A stretch of DNA of 64,000 bases from Calditrichota bacterium (GCA_020637395.1 JACJWA010000001.1:1110078-1174077), one strand, 5' to 3'. Positions 1-9,904 are shown, numbered from the stretch's first letter. Numbers and translations are program-made. Notes: generated by a model not told the origin, from the letters alone.

Positions 1-1197
1 CTCTACTGGTTTCCCCGGATCGCTCTGGACTACAACAAGTTCAAGCCCGGGACCTATCTGCTGCTGAACGATGTTTTGGACAAACTGACTTTCATCGGCG
101 GCGCAGCAGTCAACCAAGACCGGGAATACGATCTGTACGGCCTTGCGGAGTACAAGGAGTTCTATCCGACGATTTTTGCAGAGTACTTCAATGTGCAACG
201 TAGATTGACGTCCTACTTCGCGGATTCCACGAGGATTATCGGCGAAGAGGAGATTGGCGGCAGGCCAATTCCGCTATTTGACCAGTACAGAATTCGTTAT
301 CGGTACAATCTGAACGAGATCAGCGTTGGGTTGGGAGTTCCCCTAACGTCCACCGCCAACGTCAAGACCCGCGCGACGTACGACCAGTATGTCGCGCACA
401 ATAGATTTGACGACGGCACAAGCGTTAGCCTAACCTACTTCAAAGGGTGGTCTTGGAAATCCGGATTCTATCTCGATGCCAGACGGCCCGGTATTCTAAC
501 CAACATCAGTCCGTCGAATGGGTATCGCGGATTCGTTGAATACACCCGAGCAAATCACAAATTCATTTCCGATATCGAAGTCGGTGGTGACGCGCTGGGT
601 TTACAGGAAATCTACGACCCCAACAACTACAACTTGTTGGAAGCGGGCGTTGAACGCTATTTCAAGTCACCCGTAAAGAACCATTCCATAGAGCTTCGCT
701 TGCGCGGTGGCTACATGGATGAGGGCGTTGATCCCTTCTTCTACCAATACGCAGGGGGTCTTCCGGGCATGCGCGGCTACTCGTTCTACAGTTTGGGCGG
801 TACACGGACCGCTGTAGGAACCTTGACTTACCGTTTTCCAGTAGTCCAGCGCGCGGCGCTCAACCTTTGGCCGGTCTCGCTTAATAGAGTCTATGGCTCC
901 GTGTTTGCAGACTTCGGCGACGCCTGGACTGGCGACTATACGGACCGTTCGCCCAAGAAAGACATCGGCGGCGGATTGCGATTTCAACTGCACTCGTTCT
1001 ATTCTTACCCAACGGCGGTTTCCTTTGACGTCGCCTATGGGTTGGACAAATTCGATGTGATCGAGGACGATGTTCGAACAAGCTACGGCGAGGAAGTTCG
1101 TTACTATCTTACCGTGCTGTTTGATTTCTACACCCCGATCATTCCTCCCGCGCGGCATCCTTCAAGCTGCGGCTGCGCGCACTGCTCAGTGAACTAA
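1..1197 (+). CDS. Hypothetical Tyr/Gly-rich protein, possibly an outer-membrane beta-barrel (5' partial)
   Basis: Frame 1 is open from base 1, so the N-terminus lies outside the window. Alternating hydrophobic/aromatic beta-strand-like composition. No recognisable catalytic motif. Confidence 0.35.
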   Translation, partial: LYWFPRIALDYNKFKPGTYLLLNDVLDKLTFIGGAAVNQDREYDLYGLAEYKEFYPTIFAEYFNVQRRLTSYFADSTRIIGEEEIGGRPIPLFDQYRIRYRYNLNEISVGLGVPLTSTANVKTRATYDQYVAHNRFDDGTSVSLTYFKGWSWKSGFYLDARRPGILTNISPSNGYRGFVEYTRANHKFISDIEVGGDALGLQEIYDPNNYNLLEAGVERYFKSPVKNHSIELRLRGGYMDEGVDPFFYQYAGGLPGMRGYSFYSLGGTRTAVGTLTYRFPVVQRAALNLWPVSLNRVYGSVFADFGDAWTGDYTDRSPKKDIGGGLRFQLHSFYSYPTAVSFDVAYGLDKFDVIEDDVRTSYGEEVRYYLTVLFDFYTPIIPPARHPSSCGCAHCSVN

Positions 1198-1225
1198 GAC
1201 ATTAACTCATACTTCGGAGAAAGCT

Positions 1226-2194
1226 ATGCACTCCAAGACGTACACGCGGCTGCTGCCGCTTCTGCTGATCGCATTGATGCTGCCGCAGTTTGCGCAGGCA
1301 AAGGGACTGGGACTTTCTCCCCACAGAGTCCAGATGGCCGCGCCGAGCTTCGAGCAATCCGCGGCCGACGAAACAGGCGCCGCCGCGCTCAGCGGCAAGA
1401 AGAACATAGGCCGAGCGGTGATGTTCAGCTTAATCATCCCAGGAACCGGACAGCTCTACTCGGGCTCCTGGCTGCGCGCTCTGCCTTGGTTTGCCGTTGA
1501 AGTCGCCGGTTGGGCGCTCTTTGCCAGCTATCACGGCCAGGGCAATGATAAGACGAGTGAGTTTGAAACCTATGCCGGACCGTGGCAGAACACCGATCGC
1601 GGTGCAGGCAATTTTAACTACGATGTCTACATGCTGCGTGAGTATCAAGTTGCTGTAAACGAAGTATTTGCCCGCACGCCGTGGGAGGGTGATCTGGTCG
1701 AATGGCGTGACCTGCCTTGGACGGATCGGTCGGAGCACCTGCCTGCTCCATACACTCATGACATCAATACCAGAGACGTTCAGCAGTACTACGAGATGAT
1801 CGGCAAGTACTACGAGCAGTTCGGATACGGCTGGAACGACGCCTGGGATGGTGCTTATTCACCCGGTACACAGACCCTGGACAACATTTGGCTCGCGGCA
1901 GGTGACGATCCGAGCACCTCGTGGTTTGACGGCAGCAGCGCCATGTTCTACCACTATCGCGACATGCGCGGCGAGGCAAATGATCTGTTGGAGAAGGGCA
2001 ATACCATGATGGAAATCGTGCTCGTTAACCATGTCCTGTCCGCATTGGACGCTGCTTTCGCTGCAAGAAGCTACAATAGGAAGATGGAGTCGGCAGGGCT
2101 TGGTTCGCTTGACTTGCGCTACGACATTAGAAACCGCGATGGCGAATGGGCGCGCACACTGACGCTCGGAGTTCCGCTGTCCTTGACAAAGTAA
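1226..2194 (+). CDS. Secreted DUF5683-like protein
   Basis: N-terminal signal peptide (LLLIALMLPQFAQA). SLIIPGTGQLYSG-SWLRALPW motif typical of the Bacteroidota DUF5683 family. Confidence 0.5.
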   Translation: MHSKTYTRLLPLLLIALMLPQFAQAKGLGLSPHRVQMAAPSFEQSAADETGAAALSGKKNIGRAVMFSLIIPGTGQLYSGSWLRALPWFAVEVAGWALFASYHGQGNDKTSEFETYAGPWQNTDRGAGNFNYDVYMLREYQVAVNEVFARTPWEGDLVEWRDLPWTDRSEHLPAPYTHDINTRDVQQYYEMIGKYYEQFGYGWNDAWDGAYSPGTQTLDNIWLAAGDDPSTSWFDGSSAMFYHYRDMRGEANDLLEKGNTMMEIVLVNHVLSALDAAFAARSYNRKMESAGLGSLDLRYDIRNRDGEWARTLTLGVPLSLTK

Positions 2195-2202
2195 GTCGAT
2201 CT

Positions 2203-2838
2203 ATGCTGAATCGAGTGCATAGGGTCGTCCTGAGTGCCGCGCTGCTATTAGGAGCGTGTTTACCTGCACTTGCAGGTGAACGGGGGCAGGCGGCATTCTT
2301 GAAGTCCCTGGTCATTCCCGGATGGGGCCAGTATGAACTTGGCAGGACGAAGCATGCCTTGGCTTTCTTTGGAGCGGACCTCTTGTTTATTGGTTCTGCG
2401 CTCAGTCTCCAGTATCACGGAAAGTCCCTGCGCGATGACTACCAGGCCTTTGCTGCCTCTCATGCTGGCGTCAGAGGTTCGCATAACAAGGACTTCTATG
2501 TGGACGTCGGCAATTGGATGAATGTCTTTGAGTTCAATGAACAGCGAATGGCAGATCGCAGCTTCGGCGCTCTGTATGATACCGAGTCCGAGTATTGGTC
2601 GTGGAGCAGCGACGCAGACCGGGCGAGAATGGAAGAAATGCGCGTGCAGTCTGACCGATCATTGAACCGCGTGATCTATGCGATTGCGCTCACCGGTGTT
2701 AATCACCTTGTGAGCGCGTTTCACGCCGGCAGGCTCGCCGCGCAGCAGGACGGAGTATCCAACAACAGACTGGGTTGGAATGTCACTCCCCAGAGCGTCA
2801 GCGATGGAGCAGGCGTTAATGTGCTCGTCTGGTGGTGA
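2203..2838 (+). CDS. DUF5683-like paralog
   Basis: Start moved to the ATG at 2203, just after the upstream stop at 2194. Signal peptide present. SLVIPGWGQYELG-RTKHALAF motif paralogous to the upstream gene. Confidence 0.5.
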   Translation: MLNRVHRVVLSAALLLGACLPALAGERGQAAFLKSLVIPGWGQYELGRTKHALAFFGADLLFIGSALSLQYHGKSLRDDYQAFAASHAGVRGSHNKDFYVDVGNWMNVFEFNEQRMADRSFGALYDTESEYWSWSSDADRARMEEMRVQSDRSLNRVIYAIALTGVNHLVSAFHAGRLAAQQDGVSNNRLGWNVTPQSVSDGAGVNVLVWW

Positions 2839-2850
2839 GGTGAGTTCGCG

Positions 2851-3756
2851 GTGAACGTGCTGGTTACGGGTGCGTCCGGTCTCTTGGGGGCCGCAGTTTG
2901 CCTGCGTCTTCAGAAAGGCGGCCATGTCGTTTGCGGAACTCACTTGAGTCATATTGGACCATTCCCATTTCCTTCCGCAAAGGTGGATTTGCGCGAAAGA
3001 GTGGATGTCGAGGCATTGGTCAAGTCTTTTGCGCCAGATGCTATTGTTCATGCGGCTGCGCTGTCCAAGGTTCTGGAGTGCCAGAGAAATCCAATCGAGG
3101 CACGACGGCACAATGTAGATGCGACCCGACATCTTGCGGAGTTGGCAAAGCAGTCGTCCTGCTACTTCTTGTACGTTTCAACGGACCAGGTGTTTTCCGG
3201 GAAGACGGGGATGCACACTGAATCGGAAGCTGTTTCACCGACGCATATCTACGGCGAATTGAAGGCCGAATGCGAAAAGCTACTTCAGAATCTGCTTGAA
3301 CGTCGCTTGATTCTTCGAAGTAATAACATCGTTGGAAGCAACAAAGGTTTCGGTAAGAGCTTCACGGATGGTGTGCTTGAATCCCTGCTTGCGGGCAAGT
3401 CAGTCGAACTGTTTGACGACCAGATTCGTTCTCCCATTCATCTTGATGTCATGTCAGAATTGATTCTGAGATGTGTCGAAGATGCCGTACAGGGAATCCT
3501 GCACGCGGGCGGTCCGGAGCGCCTCAGCAGGTATCAAACCGGACTCCAATTGGCGGAAGCCTTTGGGGGGGGCACTAATCGTATCCACCCGGTGTCGTTC
3601 AAGACTCATGCTGAGTCCGATGTCCTGCAATCTGATGGCAGTTTCGACACCACGAAATTCCGTGAGCTCTATCCTGATCTCGGCAACGAACGCATCTCCA
3701 CTGGATTTGAGCGGGATGCCAAGCGTGTGAAGGCAACACTTGAATCTCCAAGCTGA
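2851..3756 (+). CDS. NAD(P)-dependent sugar-nucleotide epimerase/reductase (RmlD-like)
   Basis: GTG start. N-terminal Rossmann motif VLVTGASGLLG. Length and overall similarity to dTDP-4-dehydrorhamnose reductase-like proteins. Contains a G8 tract. Confidence 0.65.
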   Translation: MNVLVTGASGLLGAAVCLRLQKGGHVVCGTHLSHIGPFPFPSAKVDLRERVDVEALVKSFAPDAIVHAAALSKVLECQRNPIEARRHNVDATRHLAELAKQSSCYFLYVSTDQVFSGKTGMHTESEAVSPTHIYGELKAECEKLLQNLLERRLILRSNNIVGSNKGFGKSFTDGVLESLLAGKSVELFDDQIRSPIHLDVMSELILRCVEDAVQGILHAGGPERLSRYQTGLQLAEAFGGGTNRIHPVSFKTHAESDVLQSDGSFDTTKFRELYPDLGNERISTGFERDAKRVKATLESPS

Positions 3757-4150
3757 ACTGATCCGAATTGAAACCGGCGCGCGTCTTCCAGATGCGTTGT
3801 GTACACTTGCGCGGTCTCGCGAATGGAGCTCTGCTGTTTGTTCAGGAATTGGCGGAGTGTCCGATGTTGAATTGGCATACTATGATTTGAGCACAAGGAA
3901 GTATTTGCCCTTTCCGGTGGATGGTATTGTTGAGTTGGTGTCCCTGCAGGGAAATCTATCCACGGTAGATGGAGAACCATTCTGGCATCTTCATGCTATT
4001 ATTGCGGATCGCGAAGGCCGCTGCTTTGGGGGACACCTGAACACATGCGTAGTAGCCTTGACTCTTGAGCTTGCCGTGTGGCCGATGCCGGAGTCTCGAT
4101 CCCGCGCTTTCGACGAAGACCTTGGACTGCGGCTGCTGATCAATGAGTGA
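3740..4150 (+). CDS. PPC/DUF296-domain protein
   Basis: 136 aa with the conserved PPC-domain core (GIGGVSDVELAYYD...LVSLQGNLS...PFWHLHA). Confidence 0.45.
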   Translation: MNLQAELIRIETGARLPDALCTLARSREWSSAVCSGIGGVSDVELAYYDLSTRKYLPFPVDGIVELVSLQGNLSTVDGEPFWHLHAIIADREGRCFGGHLNTCVVALTLELAVWPMPESRSRAFDEDLGLRLLINE

Positions 4151-4799
4151 CAAGAACATTTCGCGCGAACAGAAACACTTTGTCGCTATCGCGGGCAACA
4201 TCGGTGCCGGCAAGACCACGCTCGCCGAGCGGCTTGCAAGGCAGCTCGGCTGGAAATGCCATCTTGAGCCTGTCATTCAGAATCCCTATCTGAGTGACTT
4301 CTATGCTGACATGAGCAGATGGGCTTTCCATCTGCAGATCTACTTCTTGAGCAAACGATTTCAGAGCCAGCTTGAGATTGACAAGGACCCGGTTTCCTGT
4401 GTTCAGGACCGAACGATTTATGAAGATGCCGAGATATTCGCCCGCACTCTTCACAAACGGGGTGCGATGTCCGACCGGGAACTTGAAAACTACTTCGATC
4501 TGTTTGACTCCTTGATTGCGCATTTGAGACCGCCGGATCTGGTGGTTTACCTAAAGTGTGGTGTGGAGCAGCTACTAGAACGAATCAGCAAACGCGGAAG
4601 AAACTACGAAACCGGAATTGACCCCGAGTATCTTGAAGATTTGAACAACGCCTACGATCAGTGGGCGGAAAGCTATTCCGGTAAGCTCCTGATTGTCACC
4701 ATAGATACAATGGCAGAGGGCCGCGCCTTTGAACATGAAGTGTTTGAAGAGTGCATGCGACTGCTCCGTATGAACCTGCAACTGGAAATTGACTTCTGA
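4143..4799 (+). CDS. Deoxynucleoside kinase
   Basis: P-loop IAGNIGAGKTTL at the N-terminus. dNK family length and motifs (ERS-like, DR..YED). Confidence 0.75.
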   Translation: MSDKNISREQKHFVAIAGNIGAGKTTLAERLARQLGWKCHLEPVIQNPYLSDFYADMSRWAFHLQIYFLSKRFQSQLEIDKDPVSCVQDRTIYEDAEIFARTLHKRGAMSDRELENYFDLFDSLIAHLRPPDLVVYLKCGVEQLLERISKRGRNYETGIDPEYLEDLNNAYDQWAESYSGKLLIVTIDTMAEGRAFEHEVFEECMRLLRMNLQLEIDF

Positions 4800-5623
4800 T
4801 GCACGAATACTCATTGCTTTCCAACACAAGAGCGCCGATTCCCGGTTGGCTGCTCGAGATTTCTATCTGGCTTTGCGCACTTGTTCCGTTTGTCTTGGTG
4901 CTTGAGTCGTCCGAAAGCCTGAGCCCTGCGAACATCGCGGCAAGCGCGGTTGCCTGTCTGTTGGGTTATTTTGCCTGGCGAGCAGGTCCATCTTTCCCGG
5001 GCCGTGAGACGGTGTCTCGCGTGTGGATGATCCTTGCAGTGCTCTCGACGGGTGCGGCAATGTTTGGTGCCGGTTTAGCAAGCAAGATTGGTGTTCTTAC
5101 GATTTTGTGGTGTGCGCTGCCCGCAGTCTTGTTGTTTGCGCACTCGAGGATTGACCGCTCGCATCGAGTTCTTAGACAGTCCATTGTTCCTCTTTTGTTT
5201 GGTTCCATTTTCATGTTTGTTTCAACTTCCTTGGGACAGTCAGCCAAGGGAGCTTTTCCTGCCGTAATCGCCGCGCTCTTCCTTTCCGTTTTGCGGGCGA
5301 CGCTGGACATTGAAGAGGATGTTCTGGAGAATCATGGGGACACCGACTCGCTTGTTGTGGAGGAGCATTACAGAAAGAGGCTCGCGATCACTGCAGCGAT
5401 TTTCTTCCTGTTTGGTACGGTCAGCTTGTGGCCCTGGCTTGGCGAAGTGTATAGCCAAACATACTTCTTCATTATGCTGTTCGGAGTACTGCTGCCGCTT
5501 GCGTACTTCTGGGGAAGGATTCGCCAACCGAAGATGGAGGGTGCGCGCGCTGCTTTGACTCGATTTAACCGCATTGCGCCACTGCTTGGCATCTTTCACC
5601 TGGTTGCTGTGCTCTTTTCGTAG
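4799..5623 (+). CDS. Polytopic membrane protein (weakly UbiA-fold-like)
   Basis: About 8 predicted TM helices. Asp/Glu-rich loop DIEEDVLENHGD. No firm family assignment. Confidence 0.4.
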   Translation: MHEYSLLSNTRAPIPGWLLEISIWLCALVPFVLVLESSESLSPANIAASAVACLLGYFAWRAGPSFPGRETVSRVWMILAVLSTGAAMFGAGLASKIGVLTILWCALPAVLLFAHSRIDRSHRVLRQSIVPLLFGSIFMFVSTSLGQSAKGAFPAVIAALFLSVLRATLDIEEDVLENHGDTDSLVVEEHYRKRLAITAAIFFLFGTVSLWPWLGEVYSQTYFFIMLFGVLLPLAYFWGRIRQPKMEGARAALTRFNRIAPLLGIFHLVAVLFS

Positions 5624-6210
5624 TGGACGTTCGTCTTACTCTGGTGTCTGCTTCACCGCGCAGACAGGAACTGCTGAAATCATTGAAGATTCCTTTCGAC
5701 GTGGCGCCCTCTGCGGCATCGGAGTGCTGGCTGGCGCCGACGCCCGAGGAACTTGCTTCTTTGAATGCCGCGCGGAAAGTGGACAGATCACAATACAGGC
5801 GAGACCGTGATCGGTTGCTGCTCGGCGCGGACACCATAATCGCTCTGGATCGGGAGGTTTTCGGCAAACCTGCGGGGAATGACTCGGCGCGCCGAATGCT
5901 GTCACGACTATCTGACCGGTGGCACAAGGTCATCACCGGATTTTGTTTGATGCGGGGCGGGGAAGAGGAGAGAAAAATCTGCGCGAGCGTCGTAGCGGGT
6001 GTTAGAATAAGATCGTTGTCTGCGGTTGAGATTGATGCATACCTTGCAACCTCAGAGTGGGTTGGAAAAGCGGGTGCTTACGCAATTCAGGGCAAGGCAG
6101 GCGCTTTTGTTGAAGAGATTTCGGGGGACTATTCGAACGTAGTAGGATTACCCACAGAGAGGATTGGCCAGGAACTTGAGCGGAACTTTCGCGAATTCAG
6201 ATTTCTGTGA
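5623..6210 (+). CDS. maf: Maf-like nucleoside triphosphate pyrophosphatase
   Basis: LVSASPRRQELLKSLKIPF N-terminal Maf signature. 195 aa. Confidence 0.8.
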   Translation: MDVRLTLVSASPRRQELLKSLKIPFDVAPSAASECWLAPTPEELASLNAARKVDRSQYRRDRDRLLLGADTIIALDREVFGKPAGNDSARRMLSRLSDRWHKVITGFCLMRGGEEERKICASVVAGVRIRSLSAVEIDAYLATSEWVGKAGAYAIQGKAGAFVEEISGDYSNVVGLPTERIGQELERNFREFRFL

Positions 6211-7033
6211 GGAGCTTAGGAAGGCTCGCGAATTCCGAGGGCTTTCTCTCGAGGACATAGCACGTTCGACACGGATTCCTCTGGACTATCTGCGTGCGAT
6301 TGACCAAGGGCAGCTTGACTCGGTCCCAGAAGCAATTCGAAAAGGGGTGATTACCTCCTACGCCAAGGCCGCCGGGATGAATGCGGACCTTGTCGAACGC
6401 TCGCTGAAAGATCCCTCTGCGAAATCCGCGAAGTCGGGGAGCGGACGAGTCGCTGGAGTTCCTTACCGAGAGAAGATGACCGTTGGAATGACCCGTGCGC
6501 AGATCCAGACGGTCTGGTTTGCCAAGCTCTCATCAAATGCTGGCCTCCATTGGGGGGTCACTGCCGTGTTGCTTGGAATTCTCGTCGTGCTCGGGCTGAC
6601 TTCGACTCCTCACTCAAAGACCTCAGTTTATCCATATTCCAATAAGCTTCCATACGGCGGTATCTTAAGGCAGGTTCCCTTCGTGAAAGTGTCAGAACCA
6701 GGAGTTAGTGATTCCGATCCTTTTCTGATTGACTTTGTGCAACATGTCACGACGGCGATCGCGCTGGACACGGGTTTCGTCGAGACCGAACTGGGAATCA
6801 ATGAGTGGGAAACACACAACTTGTATCCTTTTGACACTATAGAGGTTACGCATGGAACCGGACTTAGATTCAGCTTTCCTCCCGGATTTCCACTGCTGGT
6901 CCTAACTGAGAGCGCCGAAACCTTGCGGACCCATTTTACGCACGATTCGACCGCTGCGTGGATCTGCTCGCCTGACCTCAGTTTGGAAGCTGACGCTGAA
7001 GGTGATTCCGCTGTTGCCGATACGGGGAGTTGA
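6164..7033 (+). CDS. RodZ-like HTH membrane protein
   Basis: N-terminal Cro/C1-type HTH (LSLEDIARSTRIPLDYLRAIDQG), central TM helix, C-terminal extracytoplasmic domain. Start may be later than the track gives. Confidence 0.5.
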   Translation: MARNLSGTFANSDFCEELRKAREFRGLSLEDIARSTRIPLDYLRAIDQGQLDSVPEAIRKGVITSYAKAAGMNADLVERSLKDPSAKSAKSGSGRVAGVPYREKMTVGMTRAQIQTVWFAKLSSNAGLHWGVTAVLLGILVVLGLTSTPHSKTSVYPYSNKLPYGGILRQVPFVKVSEPGVSDSDPFLIDFVQHVTTAIALDTGFVETELGINEWETHNLYPFDTIEVTHGTGLRFSFPPGFPLLVLTESAETLRTHFTHDSTAAWICSPDLSLEADAEGDSAVADTGS

Positions 7034-7058
7034 CTTCACCGGAACTCGTTGTTATATT
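7030..7058 (+). promoter_or_regulatory. Sigma70-like promoter (TTGACT-N17-TATATT) upstream of pgsB
   Basis: The exact hexamers with a 17-nt spacer were read directly from the sequence, about 50 nt upstream of the pgsB start. The -35 element overlaps the upstream stop codon. Confidence 0.4.
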
Positions 7059-7110
7059 GTATTTTTTGCAATTCCTGCCTTGACCAAGAACTGCTTCCCG
7101 CTCCGCCGCG

Positions 7111-8334
7111 ATGGTCTATCTGTTCCTCGCTTTTGCCGCATCCCTCCTATTCGCCGTCTGGGAGTACCTCCAGCACCAGAGGCGCGTTAACTCTATTCCC
7201 ATCCGCATACACGTGAACGGTACGCGCGGCAAGTCGTCAGTAACTCGACTGATTGCTGCGGGACTCCGTGCGGGCGGTATTCGCACGCTCGCCAAGACTA
7301 CCGGCACGCTGCCAAGAATTATTCACGCCGATGGGCTGGAAGTGCCCATTCAGCGTCGAAGCGGTGCGAATATTATTGAGCAGGTTAAGGTGTTCCGATA
7401 CTTCGCAAAGGAGAAACCTCAAGCAATCGTTATTGAGTGCATGGCGGTGAACCCCGAATATCAATGGATCTGCGAACACCGATTTGTCCGGGCGTCCGTG
7501 GGCGTGATCACCAACACTCGACTTGATCACATTCTTGAGATGGGGCCAACCCTTGAGAACGTTACGCGCTCTTTGTGCAACACTTTGCCGCCGCGAGGTG
7601 TAGCCTACACTGCCGAGCAAAACATGTTTTGGCTCATGCGAAAAGAAGCAGAGCGATCGGACTGTCGGCTCTGGCGAGTGAACTCGGAAAGCGTCTCGTA
7701 TCTCGAACTTGGACAGTTTTCCTACATAGAACATGCGGACAATGTCGCGCTCGCACTCGCGGTCTGCGAACACTATCATGTTCCCCGCGAAGTCGCTTTG
7801 GAAGGCATGTACAAAGCGTTTCCCGATCCCGGCGCACTAAAAGTGCTGGAAGCCGAAGAGAATGGCAAGGTCGTTCAGTTCATCAATGCGCTGGCAGCGA
7901 ACGATCCTATGTCCACTCTTGCCATCTGGCACAAAGTCAAGGACCTCTCAACTGAAGTTGGCACCGTGATCTTCATGCTGAACACGCGCGCTGATCGCTA
8001 TGACCGCACAATTCAGTTGCTCGAGATGATCCGCGACAATCTGACCGAAGAGTTCGACTATTTGCTTCTGAATGGAGAAAACCTTGACCGTGTCTATGGA
8101 AGTCTCCATGAGTACAACATTGATCCTGCCAAAGCAATTCGCATTGGTATGCAAGATCCATCCGAAACCTACAAAGCCGTGTTTGAACGCGTTTCCGACA
8201 TCGGAACCGTGTTTGCGATGGGGAATGTCGGCAAAGGCGGATTGAATGTCGCGACGTATTTCGCCAATCGCCGCCGTGTCCGCAAGGGAATGAATTCCAC
8301 AGCGCCCAATGAAATTCAGCAGCCGTCGCATTGA
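7111..8334 (+). CDS. pgsB: Poly-gamma-glutamate synthase PgsB/CapB (Mur-ligase-like amide ligase)
   Basis: IRIHVNGTRGKSSVTRL, ECMAVNPEYQ and AFPDPGALKV align with B. subtilis PgsB throughout its length. Confidence 0.85.
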   Translation: MVYLFLAFAASLLFAVWEYLQHQRRVNSIPIRIHVNGTRGKSSVTRLIAAGLRAGGIRTLAKTTGTLPRIIHADGLEVPIQRRSGANIIEQVKVFRYFAKEKPQAIVIECMAVNPEYQWICEHRFVRASVGVITNTRLDHILEMGPTLENVTRSLCNTLPPRGVAYTAEQNMFWLMRKEAERSDCRLWRVNSESVSYLELGQFSYIEHADNVALALAVCEHYHVPREVALEGMYKAFPDPGALKVLEAEENGKVVQFINALAANDPMSTLAIWHKVKDLSTEVGTVIFMLNTRADRYDRTIQLLEMIRDNLTEEFDYLLLNGENLDRVYGSLHEYNIDPAKAIRIGMQDPSETYKAVFERVSDIGTVFAMGNVGKGGLNVATYFANRRRVRKGMNSTAPNEIQQPSH

Positions 8335-8337
8335 CCT

Positions 8338-8793
8338 ATGATTGAGCTTACTATTGGCCTCGGCGTTCTGATCAGCCTCCTCTTTCATGAGGTGGTCGGC
8401 GCGGCTGCGGGCGGCATCGTCGTCCCGGGCTACATTGCCCTGCATCTGAATGACCCCGCGCGCATGCTGGGCACTTTTGCCGTGGCATTTGTGGCGTTCC
8501 TGTGCATTCGGGTTGTGTCGCGTTTCATGTTTGTGTATGGAAGACGACGCATGGTGCTGGCCATCATGTTCGGGTTCATTTTCGGCTACTTAAGCCGCAA
8601 CCTTGTTCTGAACGATGTCATGGTGGCGGATATCCGTCTCGAGGCAATCGGGTTCATTATCCCCGGGTTGATTGCGAACTGGTTCGAGCGACAGGGAATT
8701 GTCAAGACTATAGCCATGATGCTCATTGCTGCGCCCATTGTGAAACTCCTTGTGATGGTTCTGACGGGAGGCGAGATCTATCATGGCGTTTAG
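8338..8793 (+). CDS. pgsC: Poly-gamma-glutamate synthesis membrane protein PgsC/CapC
   Basis: 150-aa membrane protein. GIVVPGYIAL..., FVYGRRR and GFIIPGLIAN match PgsC. Confidence 0.8.
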   Translation: MIELTIGLGVLISLLFHEVVGAAAGGIVVPGYIALHLNDPARMLGTFAVAFVAFLCIRVVSRFMFVYGRRRMVLAIMFGFIFGYLSRNLVLNDVMVADIRLEAIGFIIPGLIANWFERQGIVKTIAMMLIAAPIVKLLVMVLTGGEIYHGV

Positions 8794-9904
8794 GCCCAGT
8801 CTGCGCTCTATTTGGACTCTGATCTCCATGGCAGTGGTGTGCTACGGATTGTACTTGTGGGCGGAGTATCAAGTGGTTGAAGTGAAGCAGCCACATTATG
8901 CCGAGAAGCTTGCTGCGGCGGAACTTGACAGCCGCGCCATGTTTTTGCTTGCATCAATCGAGTCGCGCGACATGGAGTCCCTGGAAAGTTACGGGGACGA
9001 GCGACTTGATGCCCTGATTGGACAGCAGTTCTCAACAATCACGACGGACATTGGCAGTTTCGAATCCAAACTGAACTGCCTTAACCCCAATTTTGCGGCG
9101 GCCGCCCTTGAGCTTCTGATTGGCGCGGGCCTCGAGAAAGGCGATCTTGTCGCGGTCGCACTGACCGGATCCAACCCGGGAGCAAATCTCGCGGTGCTCA
9201 GTGCGTGTCAGGTGTTAGGGCTCAAGGTGAATGTGATTACCTCCATCGGTTCAACCTGGTGGGGAGCGAACGATCCACACTTCACTTGGGTGGACATGCA
9301 GTCCGTGCTGCGGGACAAAAAGCTTCTCGACTTCACGCCGATTGCGGCTTCACGAGGCGGACTTGACGATCTCGCGACTGGACTTTCCGGTACCGGACGA
9401 GACGAGCTCGATGCTGCTGCCGCACGAAACGGCTTGAAAATGCTCTCTGCGACGTCCGCCGATCAAGCTGGTAAATTGTGGTGGGAAACGTTCAAAGCCG
9501 CCGCCCTCGGCGATCGGTACGCCGCCTATGTTAATGTTGGTGAAGGTGTCGCAAGCACCGGACACACAGAGAATGGCCGCCTTTTGAGCGACGGAGTGCA
9601 CCGCCGTCTGCCCAGCCGAAACTGGCCAGCGCGGGGGGCTTTGCACTTTGCCTCCGCCGAGGGCATCCCTGTCATTCACTTCTACGACATGACCCAAATC
9701 GCCCGCGAGTTTGGTTTGGGCACTCCGCGTATTCCACTTACCGAACCCGGTATCGGGGATGTCTTCACCACCGAGCGATATGATGTTCGAATTGCCTCTC
9801 TGGCACTCTTGCTCGCCGTCACCCTGCTTTTCATACTTGTTCGTATTGACGCGAAGTATTTCAGACTCGCGGATGCGGGCGTCGAACCAGAATCTTTGCT
9901 TTAG
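8783..9904 (+). CDS. Poly-gamma-glutamate system accessory protein (not CapA-like)
   Basis: Overlaps the pgsC stop. N-terminal TM helix. No CapA metallophosphatase motifs. Sits where pgsA would be. Confidence 0.4.
   Translation: MAFRPSLRSIWTLISMAVVCYGLYLWAEYQVVEVKQPHYAEKLAAAELDSRAMFLLASIESRDMESLESYGDERLDALIGQQFSTITTDIGSFESKLNCLNPNFAAAALELLIGAGLEKGDLVAVALTGSNPGANLAVLSACQVLGLKVNVITSIGSTWWGANDPHFTWVDMQSVLRDKKLLDFTPIAASRGGLDDLATGLSGTGRDELDAAAARNGLKMLSATSADQAGKLWWETFKAAALGDRYAAYVNVGEGVASTGHTENGRLLSDGVHRRLPSRNWPARGALHFASAEGIPVIHFYDMTQIAREFGLGTPRIPLTEPGIGDVFTTERYDVRIASLALLLAVTLLFILVRIDAKYFRLADAGVEPESLL

Noticed and set aside
667-1158. 163-aa minus-strand ORF inside the first gene
   Set aside because: Antisense to a longer, compositionally coherent + strand ORF. 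No independent evidence.
3565-3572. Statistical enrichment of G8 tracts
   Set aside because: A back-of-envelope expectation at ~29% G is roughly six G8/C8 runs per 64 kb on random sequence, so two observed is not enrichment. They are kept only as phase-variation candidates because of their location in glycan genes.
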